NCBI GenBank assembly: GCA_032718475.1 | Contig: JAUCBJ010002101.1 | Location: forward strand, 38,257-102,256 | Reading direction: 5' to 3' | DNA: 64,000 nt | Origin: Nemertoderma westbladi | Taxonomy: Eukaryota > Animalia > Xenacoelomorpha | Shown: positions 11,474 to 22,500 of the stretch, in pieces | Position numbering within the stretch: position 1 is the stretch's first letter | Layout: each line of letters opens with the position of its first letter | Translations under genes and position numbers: made by a program | The notes under the pieces: model-generated | Seen by the model: only the letters and a program-made list of their open reading frames with translations | Databases searched by the model: none | Told to the model about the DNA's origin: nothing

Positions 11474-14400
11474 TTAGATGTACTTGAAGGTCATGATCCG
11501 AAAATCCCTATAACTAGGCAATCGCCCTGGGAGGGGTAATGCATTAATCTCGACATATGAATCTAGAAAACATACTAACTCCTCGATTCGTTGGAAAGAG
11601 GTAACATTATGGGGAGAGCGCCCCAATGACTTGTGTACTCTTATTAATTGCCCTTCCTCCCCACGCCACTTGTTCATATGTTTTAGTAAATTCTTATATT
11701 TGCGCAACCCAATCCCATGAATATGTAAAAATGTTGTGCGACAAATCCCATATCCCATAAAATTGAAATCGTATCTCTCCCGTTTTCTGCATTTAGAACT
11801 GCCGGCAACTGAATGCGTTTCAACAGGTATCTTACTGGATGAGATTTCACCACATAAAAACGTATCTAGCTCGGCTTTCCTTAGTTCAGCAAAGCTATAA
11901 TTGGTCCATTCCTTCAGAGTGAACTGGTTTGCGCATTCTTTATTACATCCACACTGAAATTCGGCTCGCTCATGTTCCGTAGGATCAGGTTCAACTATAC
12001 TGTCTTCAATATCTTCGCAAGAATCTGAAGAACTCTCTGATGTTTGGTCAGATAGTTCTGAAAAAACAACAAATGGAAAACTTCCTGTGGCCGACTCTTG
12101 AACAACATCAGCCATCTCGACCATCGTTGAAACTGTTGCCTTTCTAAACTTTGACTTAAAAAGTCCAAAAAATTGATCCGGCCGAAACTTTGTATGACCC
12201 TCAAGCATAAAATGGTAATGAATATTCTTATCCAGTCCAGTATCTATTCGCCACTGTAAGTATTGCACAAAACTGTTATTTTTGTTTTGACCAACAGTAT
12301 TATCTGCATGGAAATGCCAGGTAATCGGACGTATTGTTATAGAGTTCAGGTAGTGATGAAGAAGGCTGATTATAAAGTTAGCCCCCTTTCCATAACTGGT
12401 TGTATATTTCTCATCTATTAAATATAATCTGGCTATACGTTGACCTTCACTCACAATACCAAATATCCCACACTTACGCGCAGTTTTAAAAAACATAGGT
12501 CCAGGTTGTTGAGCTAGCGAAGGGTAGTGTACCTGTTGGGCCATATCCCAGCTAAGATGCATCGTTTCAGGTTTGTAGGTTAAATCTACTTTCATTTTGT
12601 TTGCTTCTATTTCTGAATCAGCACATAACTGACGATAGAGATGACGCTCCATTTTCGCCGAATTTAGATGTTTTAGTGCAATCTCATATCGTTCAGTTTT
12701 CAGCTGATCATCAGTAGTGTTCATTAGGGCCTGAGTATTATCAGCACATGTATCACATAAATCTGTATCCGGAATCATCATACGGTAAAATGGTCTAAGT
12801 TCATTCCACAATCTATAAAATACACGGCGCGTTATTGGTTTGGTCTTAGCAATATGGCAGGATTTCACATACAACAAATGAATCCCCTTTTTAGATGTAC
12901 TTGAAGGTAATAACATGATCCGAAAATCCCTATAACTAGGCAATCGCCCTGGGAGGGGTAATGCATTAATCTCGACATATGAATCTAGAAAACATACTAA
13001 CTCCTCGATTCGTTGGAAAGAGGTGACATTATGGGGAGAGCGCCCCAATGACTTGTGTACTCTTATTAATTGCCCTTCCTCCCCACGCCACTTGTTCATA
13101 TGTTTTAGTAAATTCTTATATTTGCGCAACCCAATCCCATGAATATGTAAAAATGTTGTGCGACAAATCCCATATCCCATAAAATTGAAATCGTATCTCT
13201 CCCGTTTTCTGCATTTAGAACTGCCGGCAACTGAATGCGTTTCAACAGGTATCTTACTGGATGAGATTTCACCACATAAAAACGTATCTAGCTCGGCTTT
13301 CCTTAGTTCAGCAAAGCTATAATTGGTCCATTCCTTCAGAGTGAACTGGTTTGCGCATTCTTTATTACATCCACACTGAAATTCGGCTCGCTCATGTTCC
13401 GTAGGATCAGGTTCAACTATACTGTCTTCAATATCTTCGCAAGAATCTGAAGAACTCTCTGATGTTTGGTCAGATAGTTCTGAAAAAACAACAAATGGAA
13501 AACTTCCTGTGGCCGACTCTTGAACAACATCAGCCATCTCGACCATCGTTGAAACTGTTGCCTTTCTAAACTTTGACTTAAAAAGTCCAAAAAATTGATC
13601 CGGCCGAAACTTTGTATGACCCTCAAGCATAAAATGGTAATGAATATTCTTATCCAGTCCAGTATCTATTCGCCACTGTAAGTATTGCACAAAACTGTTA
13701 TTTTTGTTTTGACCAACAGTATTATCTGCATGGAAATGCCAGGTAATCGGACGTATTGTTATAGAAGTCAGGTAGTGATGAAGAAAGCTGATTATAAAGT
13801 TAGCCCCCTTTCCATAACTGGTTGTATATTTCTCATCTATTAAATATAATCTGGCTATACGTTGACCTTCACTCACAATACCAAATATCCCACACTTACG
13901 CGCAGTTTTAAAAAACATAGGTCCAGGTTGTTGAGCTAGCGAAGGGTAGTGTACCTGTTGGGCCATATCCCAGCTAAGATGCATCGTTTCAGGTTTGTAG
14001 GTTAAATCTACTTTCATTTTGTTTGCTTCTATTTCTGAATCAGCACATAACTGACGATAGAGATGACGCTCCATTTTCGCCGAATTTAGATGTTTTAGTG
14101 CAATCTCATATCGTTCAGTTTTCAGCTGATCATCAGTAGTGTTAATTAGGGCCTGAGTATTATCAGCACATGTATCACATAAATCTGTATCCGGAGTCAT
14201 CATACGGTAATATGGTCTAAGTTCATTCCACAATCTATAAAATACACGGCGCGTTATTGGTTTGGTCTTAGCAATATGGCAGGATTTCACATACAACAAA
14301 TGAATCCCCTTTTTAGATGTACTTGAAGGTAATAACATGATCCGAAAATCCCTATAACTAGGCAATCGCCCTGGGAGGGGTAATGCATTAATCTCGACAT

Positions 14401-15022
14401 ATGAATCTAGAAAACATACTAACTCCTCGATTCGTTGGAAAGAGGTGACATTATGGGGAGAGCGCCCCAATGACTTGTGTACTCTTATTAATTGCCCTTC
14501 CTCCCCACGCCACTTGTTCATATGTTTTAGTAAATTCTTATATTTGCGCAACCCAATCCCATGAATATGTAAAAATGTTGTGCGACAAATCCCATATCCC
14601 ATAAAATTGAAATCGTATCTCTCCCGTTTTCTGCATTTAGAACTGCCGGCAACTGAATGCGTTTCAACAGGTATCTTACTGGATGAGATTTCACCACATA
14701 AAAACGTATCTAGCTCGGCTTTCCTTAGTTCAGCAAAGCTATAATTGGTCCATTCCTTCAGAGTGAACTGGTTTGCGCATTCTTTATTACATCCACACTG
14801 AAATTCGGCTCGCTCATGTTCCGTAGGATCAGGTTCAACTATACTGTCTTCAATATCTTCGCAAGAATCTGCTGAACTCTCTGATGTTTGGTCAGATAGT
14901 TCTCCAGCACGATCCTGCTGAGGTTGCTCTTCACTATTGCGGATAGGGTAATCACGAAAAATATCATGATTTTTATCAATATTGAAGAATGATAGATCAA
15001 TTGTTTCAAATTCATTTGCCAT
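11474..15022 (-). CDS. Sola-type DDD transposase with an in-frame tandem 474-aa duplication (1182 aa, frameshifted in the third copy)
   Basis: Motifs CGC..C, ICRTTFLHIHGIG, DLCDTC, HLSWDMAQQVH, HADNTVGQNKN and GHTKFRPDQFFG each recur with a 1422-bp period. A 5-bp deletion (aataa) at ~11491 ends the frame. Confidence 0.85.
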   Translation of the reverse strand: MANEFETIDLSFFNIDKNHDIFRDYPIRNSEEQPQQDRAGELSDQTSESSADSCEDIEDSIVEPDPTEHERAEFQCGCNKECANQFTLKEWTNYSFAELRKAELDTFLCGEISSSKIPVETHSVAGSSKCRKRERYDFNFMGYGICRTTFLHIHGIGLRKYKNLLKHMNKWRGEEGQLIRVHKSLGRSPHNVTSFQRIEELVCFLDSYVEINALPLPGRLPSYRDFRIMLLPSSTSKKGIHLLYVKSCHIAKTKPITRRVFYRLWNELRPYYRMMTPDTDLCDTCADNTQALINTTDDQLKTERYEIALKHLNSAKMERHLYRQLCADSEIEANKMKVDLTYKPETMHLSWDMAQQVHYPSLAQQPGPMFFKTARKCGIFGIVSEGQRIARLYLIDEKYTTSYGKGANFIISFLHHYLTSITIRPITWHFHADNTVGQNKNNSFVQYLQWRIDTGLDKNIHYHFMLEGHTKFRPDQFFGLFKSKFRKATVSTMVEMADVVQESATGSFPFVVFSELSDQTSESSSDSCEDIEDSIVEPDPTEHERAEFQCGCNKECANQFTLKEWTNYSFAELRKAELDTFLCGEISSSKIPVETHSVAGSSKCRKRERYDFNFMGYGICRTTFLHIHGIGLRKYKNLLKHMNKWRGEEGQLIRVHKSLGRSPHNVTSFQRIEELVCFLDSYVEINALPLPGRLPSYRDFRIMLLPSSTSKKGIHLLYVKSCHIAKTKPITRRVFYRLWNELRPFYRMMIPDTDLCDTCADNTQALMNTTDDQLKTERYEIALKHLNSAKMERHLYRQLCADSEIEANKMKVDLTYKPETMHLSWDMAQQVHYPSLAQQPGPMFFKTARKCGIFGIVSEGQRIARLYLIDEKYTTSYGKGANFIISLLHHYLNSITIRPITWHFHADNTVGQNKNNSFVQYLQWRIDTGLDKNIHYHFMLEGHTKFRPDQFFGLFKSKFRKATVSTMVEMADVVQESATGSFPFVVFSELSDQTSESSSDSCEDIEDSIVEPDPTEHERAEFQCGCNKECANQFTLKEWTNYSFAELRKAELDTFLCGEISSSKIPVETHSVAGSSKCRKRERYDFNFMGYGICRTTFLHIHGIGLRKYKNLLKHMNKWRGEEGQLIRVHKSLGRSPHNVTSFQRIEELVCFLDSYVEINALPLPGRLPSYRDFRIMTFKYI

Positions 15023-15149
15023 TAGAAATATATTCTAGATTCTACATGAAAAGAAACATTGTATTATACTAAGAGGATTACTGTATTACTGAGTTGTGCT
15101 CTACAATCTCAAACTAACTAAAAAGAACAACCTGACCGTGTTATTAAAA

Positions 15150-17070
15150 TGTACACGTGCTCCCTCGAAATCTCAAACTAGAAAAATATCTAGCTTTGTT
15201 GTTCACGTGCTGCTCAAAGTCTCAAACTAGATAACTAGCTAGCTTTGTTGTTCACGTGCTGCTCGAAGTCCCAGACTAGATAACTAGCTAGCTTTGTTGT
15301 TCACGTGCTGCTCGAAGTCCCAGACTAGATAACTAGCTAGCTTAGTTGTTCACGTGCTGCTCGAAGTCCCAGACTAGATAACTAGCTAGCTTTGTTGTTC
15401 ACGTGCTGCTCGAAGTCCCAGACTAGATAACTAGCTAGCTTTGTTGCTCACGTGCTGCTCGAAGTCTCAAACTAGATAACTAGCTAGCTTTGTTGTTCAC
15501 GTGCTGCTCGTAGTCTCAAACTAGAAAAATATCTAGCTTTGTTGTTCACGTGCTGCTCGAAGTCCCAGACTAGATAAAAAGCTACCTTAGTTGTTTGCAT
15601 GCTGCTCGAAGTCTCAAACTAGATAATTATCTAGCTTTGTTGTTCACGTGCTGCTCAAAGTCTCAAACTAGATAACTAGCTAGCTTTGTTGTTCACGTGC
15701 TGCTCGAAGTCCCAGACTAGATAACTAGCTAGCTTTGTTGTTCACGTGCTGCTCGAAGTCCCAGACTAGATAACTAGCTAGCTTAGTTGTTCACGTGCTG
15801 CTCGAAGTCCCAGACTAGATAACTAGCTAGCTTTGTTGTTCACGTGCTGCTCGAAGTCCCAGACTAGATAACTAGCTAGCTTTGTTGCTCACGTGCTGCT
15901 CGAAGTCTCAAACTAGATAACTAGCTAGCTTTGTTGTTCACGTGCTGCTCGTAGTCTCAAACTAGAAAAATATCTAGCTTTGTTGTTCACGTGCTGCTCG
16001 AAGTCCCAGACTAGATAAAAAGCTACCTTAGTTGTTTGCATGCTGCTCGAAGTCTCAAACTAGATAATTATCTAGCTTTGTTGTTCACGTGCTGCTCGAA
16101 GTCCCAGACTAGATAACTAGCTACCTTAGTTATTCACGTACTGCTCGTAGTCTCAAACTAGATAAAAAGCTACCTTTGTTGTTCACGTGCTGCTCGGAGT
16201 CCCAGACTAGATAAAAACCCAGCATAGTTGTTCACGTGCTGCTCGAAGTCCCAGACTAGATAAAAACCCAGCATAGTTGTTCACGTGCTGCTGGAAGTCC
16301 CAGACTAGATAACTAGCTACCTTAGTTATTCACGTACTGCTCGTAGTCTCAAACTAGATAACTAGCTACCTTAGTTGTTCACGTGCTGCTCGAAGTCCCC
16401 GACTAGATAACTAGCTAGCTTTGTTGTTCACGTGCTGCTCGAAGTCCCAGACTAGATAACTAGCTAGCTTTGTTGTTCACGTGCTGCTGGAAGTCCCAGA
16501 CTAGATAACTAGCTACCTTAGTTATTCACGTACTGCTCGTAGTCTCAAACTAGATAACTAGCTACCTTAGTTGTTCATGTGGTGCTCGGAGTCCCAGACT
16601 AGATAAAAACCCAGCATAGTTGTTCACGTGCTGCTCGAAGTCCCAGACTAGATAAAAACCCAGCATAGTTGTTCACGTGCTGCTGGAAGTCCCAGACTAG
16701 ATAACTAGCTACCTTAGTTATTCACGTACTGCTCGTAGTCTCAAACTAGATAACTAGCTACCTTAGTTGTTCACGTGCTGCTCGAAGTCCCAGACTAGAT
16801 AACTAGCTAGCTTTGTTGTTCACGTGCTGCTCGAAGTCCCAGACTAGATAACTAGCTAGCTTTGTTGTTCACGTGCTGCTGGAAGTCCCAGACTAGATAA
16901 CTAGCTACCTTAGTTATTCACGTACTGCTCGTAGTCTCAAACTAGATAACTAGCTACCTTAGTTGTTCATGTGGTGCTCGGAGTCCCAGACTAGATAAAA
17001 ACCCAGCATAGTTGTTCACGTGCTGCTCGAAGTCCTGGCTAGACAAAAAAGGCAGCATAGTTGTTCATTA
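15150..17070. repeat. 49-bp minisatellite (~39 units) with higher-order structure
   Basis: Unit ctagataactagctagctttgttgttcacgtgctgctcgaagtcccaga; cacgtg at 15204, 15253 and onward. Variant ttgtttgcat at 15591/16032 (441 bp = 9 units). Variant catgtggtg at 16576/16968 (392 bp = 8 units). Confidence 0.95.
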
Positions 17071-17695
17071 GTTTGCTAATGTACATTCCTATTGCAAATT
17101 TTGCCCCTCAAGCCTCAACATCACAACACAACCCCCTCCCCACTCCGATTTAGCAAACTCACTTTCAAGATACTTTGTAAGTAATCCCTACTACTATTAA
17201 AATACAACAAAAACTTTAAACGCGATTTACTCATAATAGTATATTTTCCATCTGGTTGTCTTGCCAATACTTAAATTCTAATAACTCTTGATGTACTCAT
17301 CCAATCAGGATGATTTATAGCTCATTAGAGAGCTGAGATGTTGGCCAATCACATGCAATATCTAACTCAAAAACCTCATTTTCACCTTAAGGTACCTTTT
17401 AGCTTTCACTGCCACCTATTATTTTCGTTCTACACTAGACTACATTTGAGAGACCGGATCATGCTGAACATGGTTGTTTGAAAAAGCGTTCCTATTACTT
17501 AATTAAATGGTATTATTATTATATATGTAGCACCTATATATACCGTATAGAACTACAATAATAAATATGGATTTTATTAAAATATTAATAATATTTAATT
17601 TAAAATTAAAATTGTAAATAAAATATTTAAACAATTTTAATTTCTTTAAAAAAATTAAATTATTTATTCCAATGTATTCGATATTAACTTCGTAG

Positions 17696-18724
17696 GTTTG
17701 GATTCAAGCAATGGATTACAGCAAGTGCTACTGGGTTTCCATACCATGTGGTGATATATGAAGGGAAGGCTGGTGCATCGAATGACAATCGGCCTCTTGG
17801 CATAAGAGTTATCCTTGAGGGACTCGAGTCACTGATAGTTATGATCTTTTGTGTAATCTTAGTGACCTAGGCTATAACTACTACTAGGATCGGCATGCTG
17901 CATTGCAGCTGCATTTTTAAGAATGCTGTACACACATACACAGGTAACAGGGACATACACATACACACAAGGTATACACATACACATACACATAGGTATA
18001 CACATAGCATAGGATAAGCATAGGCTATAAAGCCACTGGCACTGTACGGGCTAATAGGACGAAGGATTGTACCTTTACAAACGTACCAGTGATGAAAAAT
18101 TTAAACGTGGGAGCTATGACTATAGAAAGAGCGGTAGTGTATGTTTCGTACGATGGAATGATAATGCAGTGGATAATGCAGTGGTCACCATAGGAAGTAA
18201 TGCATTTGGTGTAGCCCCATTCCAGAATGCCAAACTGTGGGTGAAGGGGGTGGGTACAACTGATATAGAACAACCATACGTTATTCATAGTTATAACCAG
18301 AACATGGGGGGTGTGGACTTGTTGGACCGGGCACTGGCCTGGCCACCTTTCGTCCTACCATATTTTCAAACAAATGGTATTTCGGTCTACTAATAAATAC
18401 AATATATATCGCAATGGTGGCATCTTGGCGTATTAGATGCCTTATAGGCGACAAGAAAACTAAACTCAAACAAATAGATTTCTGGCGTGCAGTGGTGCCA
18501 TCACTGATTACGGTGACCCAAAGGGGTGGCCAAAGCCCATACTTGAATCGCGTGCCCACAGTGTCCCTCAGAATGTTCGGTTTGACCATATAGGTCATTC
18601 TAGGGTATCCGGTCCCGTTCGAAAGTGTCGGTTGTGCATGGTGAGCTGTAGGTTGCAGTGTGTAAAGTGTGGAATCCCTATCCATGGCGGTTGCTTTGTT
18701 CAATACCATGATGGTTGGTTGTAG
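17696..18724 (+). pseudogene. piggyBac (PGBD-like) transposase relic
   Basis: Across frameshifts: acceptor-like cgtAG then FGFKQW..ASATGFPYH..IYEGK; ATGTVRANR; RWNDNAV; YNQNMGGVDLLD; KWYF; terminal RKCRLC...QCVKCGIPIHGGCFVQYH. Confidence 0.85.
17878..18020 (-). mobile_element. RTE 3'-tip insertion with CA/TA-rich filler, 10-bp TSD
   Basis: 17878-17929 is the reverse complement of the RTE 3' UTR/tail at 7210-7260. taggctataa flanks the insert at 17868-17877 and 18021-18030. Confidence 0.8.
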
Positions 18725-18854
18725 ATATATTGTATTGGAATATGGTATTCTATCATTATTTCTATCCTTATTTTATATTTCATTTCATATTTTCATATTA
18801 TCATTTCATATAACTCTTAATCAATGGAATGGGTCTTTGAATTTTTTTGTTAAG

Positions 18855-19460
18855 GAGTATAAGCTCAAATGATGGTATGCTTGAGCATGTGGACGACTTC
18901 TGTTACCTGGGATCATGGATCCGGAAGTCAGGTAAGGACCTCCGAATATGTAAGGGAACGGCATGGGCAGCCTTGAATAGGCTTTCCAGGATTTTGAAGT
19001 CACCGATAATTAATTGGAAACTTAAGGTCCGATTATTTAGAGCAGCAGTAGTTCCAGTACTCCTCTATGGGAGTCCATGCTGGGTTCTAACTGTTGAGGA
19101 CACCAAATCTCTGGATGGCACATTCACAAGAATGCTACGCCGGGTTCATTGTGTCAAGTACAATGCACACATCTCCAACCAGACACTATATAACATTGGA
19201 GGTGTCTCATTGGTTCCCCCAAGCTTGACACTAGAACAAAATAACCTCCGCTTTGCAGGACATTGATTTTGCCGTGAGGACCAACCAGTGCATAATCTTG
19301 TACTTTGGCAGCCTCATGGAGTGAATAAGCATGGTGGACAGCCCATGACTTGTTTGAGACGCATCTTAAAGGACACTGGCCTTGAAGATGCGGATGATCT
19401 AGCAAATGTCATGGGTGATAGGGAGTTGTGGCGGCACAATTTTGTCGACAAGCCAGCACA
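18855..19460 (+). mobile_element. RTE-clade LINE 3' fragment (same family as 6601-7260)
   Basis: Near-identical DNA; LEHVDDFCYLGSWI...LRFAGH*. Confidence 0.85.
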
Positions 19461-19914
19461 ACCGGTATTATTAGTTGGAAGGCTATGTGTTTGTTTGTGC
19501 TATTTCTGTATATATAGTTACTGGTAGGCTATTATTGATTGAATTTAACATACGTTTGTGCAAATTAAACACAATTGTAACATTGATCACCTTGATATTT
19601 CCCAGGGGGGGGGGGGGGGGGGGGGATTCCATGTAAAAGGTTCCACAATTTATGAGTTACATTATAAAGACTGTAATTACAGAACAAAAAACTATTTCTG
19701 GCCTGAAAAATTGCGAAAATCCCAATTATCATTCGATTAGTCTATAACAAGTAGGCAGGACACTCTTTGACCAATACAATCAGATGGGGGAGGGGGTGTT
19801 ACCATCAACGTAATCAATATCCTTCCATGTTCCATCCCTATGGGACGATCTATGTAAATAAATAGCCAAAACATTTTTTTAATGATAAAACATACTATTA
19901 ACTAACTTTAAACT

Positions 19915-20625
19915 TTTTATTATCGAAGGTATTTTTTAACCATTTCATTACAAAGTTAAAACTGAGACCGAATTACTAAACACTGTCTCTGTATAAGAAT
20001 AAAACTTAACTTTATAGTTTGTGACACTGTAAACACTGCTCTTGCACTAAAAGCATACATAAAACATATTATTAACAAAGAGATTAAACCATTTCATTAC
20101 ACTGTAAAGAGTGACATCGAGTTAATAAACACTGTCTCTGTACAGTATCAATAAAACTGAACTTTATAGTTTGTAACACTGTAAACACTGTTCTTGCACT
20201 AAAAACATACATAAAACATATTATTTACGAAGGTATTTAACCATTTCATTACACTGTAAAGAGTGACACCGAGTTAATAAACACTGTCTCTGTACAGTAT
20301 GAATAAAACTAAACTTTATAGTTTATAACACTGTAAACACTGTTTTTGCACTAAAAACATACATAAAACATATTATTTACGAAGGTATTTAACCATTTCA
20401 TTACACTGTAAAGAGTGACACCGAGTTAATAAACACTGTCTCTGTACAGATCAATAAAACTGAACTTTATAGTTTATAACACTGTAAACACTGTTCTTGC
20501 ACTAAAAACATACATAAAACATATTATTTACGAAGGTATTTAACCATTTCATTACACTGTAAAGAGTGACACCGAGTTAATATACACTGCCTCTATATGA
20601 ATAAAACTGAACTTTATAGTTTGTG
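19915..20625. repeat. ~152-bp tandem repeat (~4.6 copies)
   Basis: aaccatttcattaca at 19938, 20087, 20239, 20391 and 20542. Confidence 0.9.
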
Positions 20626-21629
20626 AGGCGAGCCACGAAGTGAGCGAAGCCTTAGCATATGGGTGCCTGTGGAAATATTTCACTGTAGATAGCTATTTGT
20701 ACATTAGTTCCACGTAAAAAACTTTAAAATTTCTGATACATTTGCCTTGATTTTACAATTTAGTTATAAAACCGTATATTTACCATATCTAATTGTGACG
20801 GGATCAGAGATCCCGACCGGGTTAGAAATGTACTTGTCACTGTTCTGCTGGGCGATCGCGTTACTTGCTTTGGCCGAAGGCCGTTGGGGAAAACAATAGG
20901 AGTTTGTGTTGTTTCTCGGTATCTATTAACATAGGCGATAGTGCATCTCCCTGAAGTGGTCCTGCAGCGCTCGCGCTTTGTGACCCTTCGTTAGCGGCTT
21001 GTAGTATCCCCTTGTCTTCTCTTCCGGATGCCTTTGCGTGAAGTCTACCAGTATCTCCTTTCCACTCCTCTCCATCTTTATCTTCTTAACTAGACTCTCC
21101 ACCATAACGAACTTCCTCGCTCACTCACCTGCTTGGTGGTGCCTTGCCAAGGCTCAAGTAGATGAGTGACGTTTAGTAAGATGGTCTGTACTAGTTCAGT
21201 AATGGCCTATCTCTTTCAAATGCTAATTTTTACTATATTTTTACGTGTACGTCTCCCAAAGTGTCAATTTTTCCCAAATTTCCTAAATCTGTCTGTTACT
21301 TTTATTGCGTTCTAGAATCTTTTACTTACTGTTACCATAATTTGTCAGATTTTACTTCTAATACTATTTTATTCCCTATTTGTGTGCTAATATCGCTTAT
21401 GGTGGGTTATTTTACTTAGATAACCCCTATAGTTTGTATACAGGGTAGACTAGCTATTCTCTACTGTGCTAGTTTGTACCAGGCAGCCTCCTGACCCTGT
21501 ATCAAATACCCTAACTTACTCTATGGGCCGTGCAGTACAGTAGTCTGTCTCGTGCGGCCTACACGGTCTATCCTGCTGTACCCACGTGCCCCCCTCCATT
21601 TCGTGGCGCTCTCAATGTCCACAACCTCT

Positions 21630-22500
21630 ACGGTACTACGTACCCTACTACTACTACTACTCTTATGGTATATCTATATACCATACTCTCTACTCTCTCT
21701 TACTACTAACTTTTACTAACTCTTAACTTCTAACTCTAATGGTACTATGTACCCTGCCACTACTCTCATGGTATGTTTATATACCACACTCCCTAACTTC
21801 TAACTTCTACCAGTGGTACTATGTACCCTGCCACTACTCTCGTGATATGTCAATATACCACACTCCCTATACTTCTAACTTCTACCAGCAGTACTATGTA
21901 CCCTACTACTCTCTACTCTCGTGGTACGTCAATGTACCACACTCCCTAACCTCTCACTGCCTATGGTACTATGTACCCTACTACTCTCGTGGTACGTCAA
22001 TGTACCACACTCCCTAACTTCTACCTACGGTACTATGTACCCTACTACTCTCGTGATACGTCAATGTACCACACTCCCTAACTTCTGCCTACGATACTAT
22101 GTACCCTACTACTCTCGTGGTACGTCAATGTACCACACTCCCTAACCTCTAACTGCCTACAGTACTATGTACCCTACTACTCTCATGGTACGCCAATGTA
22201 CCACACTCCCTAACTTCTGCCTACGATACTATGTACCCTACTACTCTCGTGCTACGTCAATGTACCACACTCCCTAACTTCTGCCTACGGTACTATGTAC
22301 CCTACTACTCTCGTGGTACGTCAATGTACCACGCTCCCTAACTTCTAACTGCCTACGGTACTATGTACCCTACCTACTACTCTCGTGGTATGTCAATTTG
22401 CCACACTCCTAACTTCTAACTGCCTACGGTACTATGTACCCTACTACTCTCGTGGTACGTCAATGTACCACACTCCCTAACCTCTAACTACTTGCTTAGT
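21630..22500. repeat. 64-68-bp minisatellite (~12 copies)
   Basis: tactatgtaccctactactctcgtggtacgtcaatgtaccacactccctaac recurs at 21967, 22031, 22095, 22163, 22227 and onward. Confidence 0.9.

Larger units (their letters stand above)
8532..17416 (-). mobile_element. Sola-superfamily (Sola1-like) DNA transposon, complete ends
   Basis: Imperfect TIR: gtgaaagcgaaaaggtaccttaaggtgaaaatg (8537-8569) versus its inverse cattttcaccttaaggtaccttttagctttcac (17377-17409). Candidate 4-bp TSD TATT at 8528-8531 and 17417-17420, which requires a 2-bp indel in the outer TIR. Contains a transposase and subterminal tandem arrays. Confidence 0.75.

Noticed and set aside
11995-13626. Twin 69-aa ORFs
   Set aside because: Alternative-frame shadows of the duplicated transposase unit.
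15150-17070. CRISPR-like array
   Set aside because: The units are contiguous near-identical 49-mers with no unique spacers, there are no cas genes, and the context is eukaryotic.
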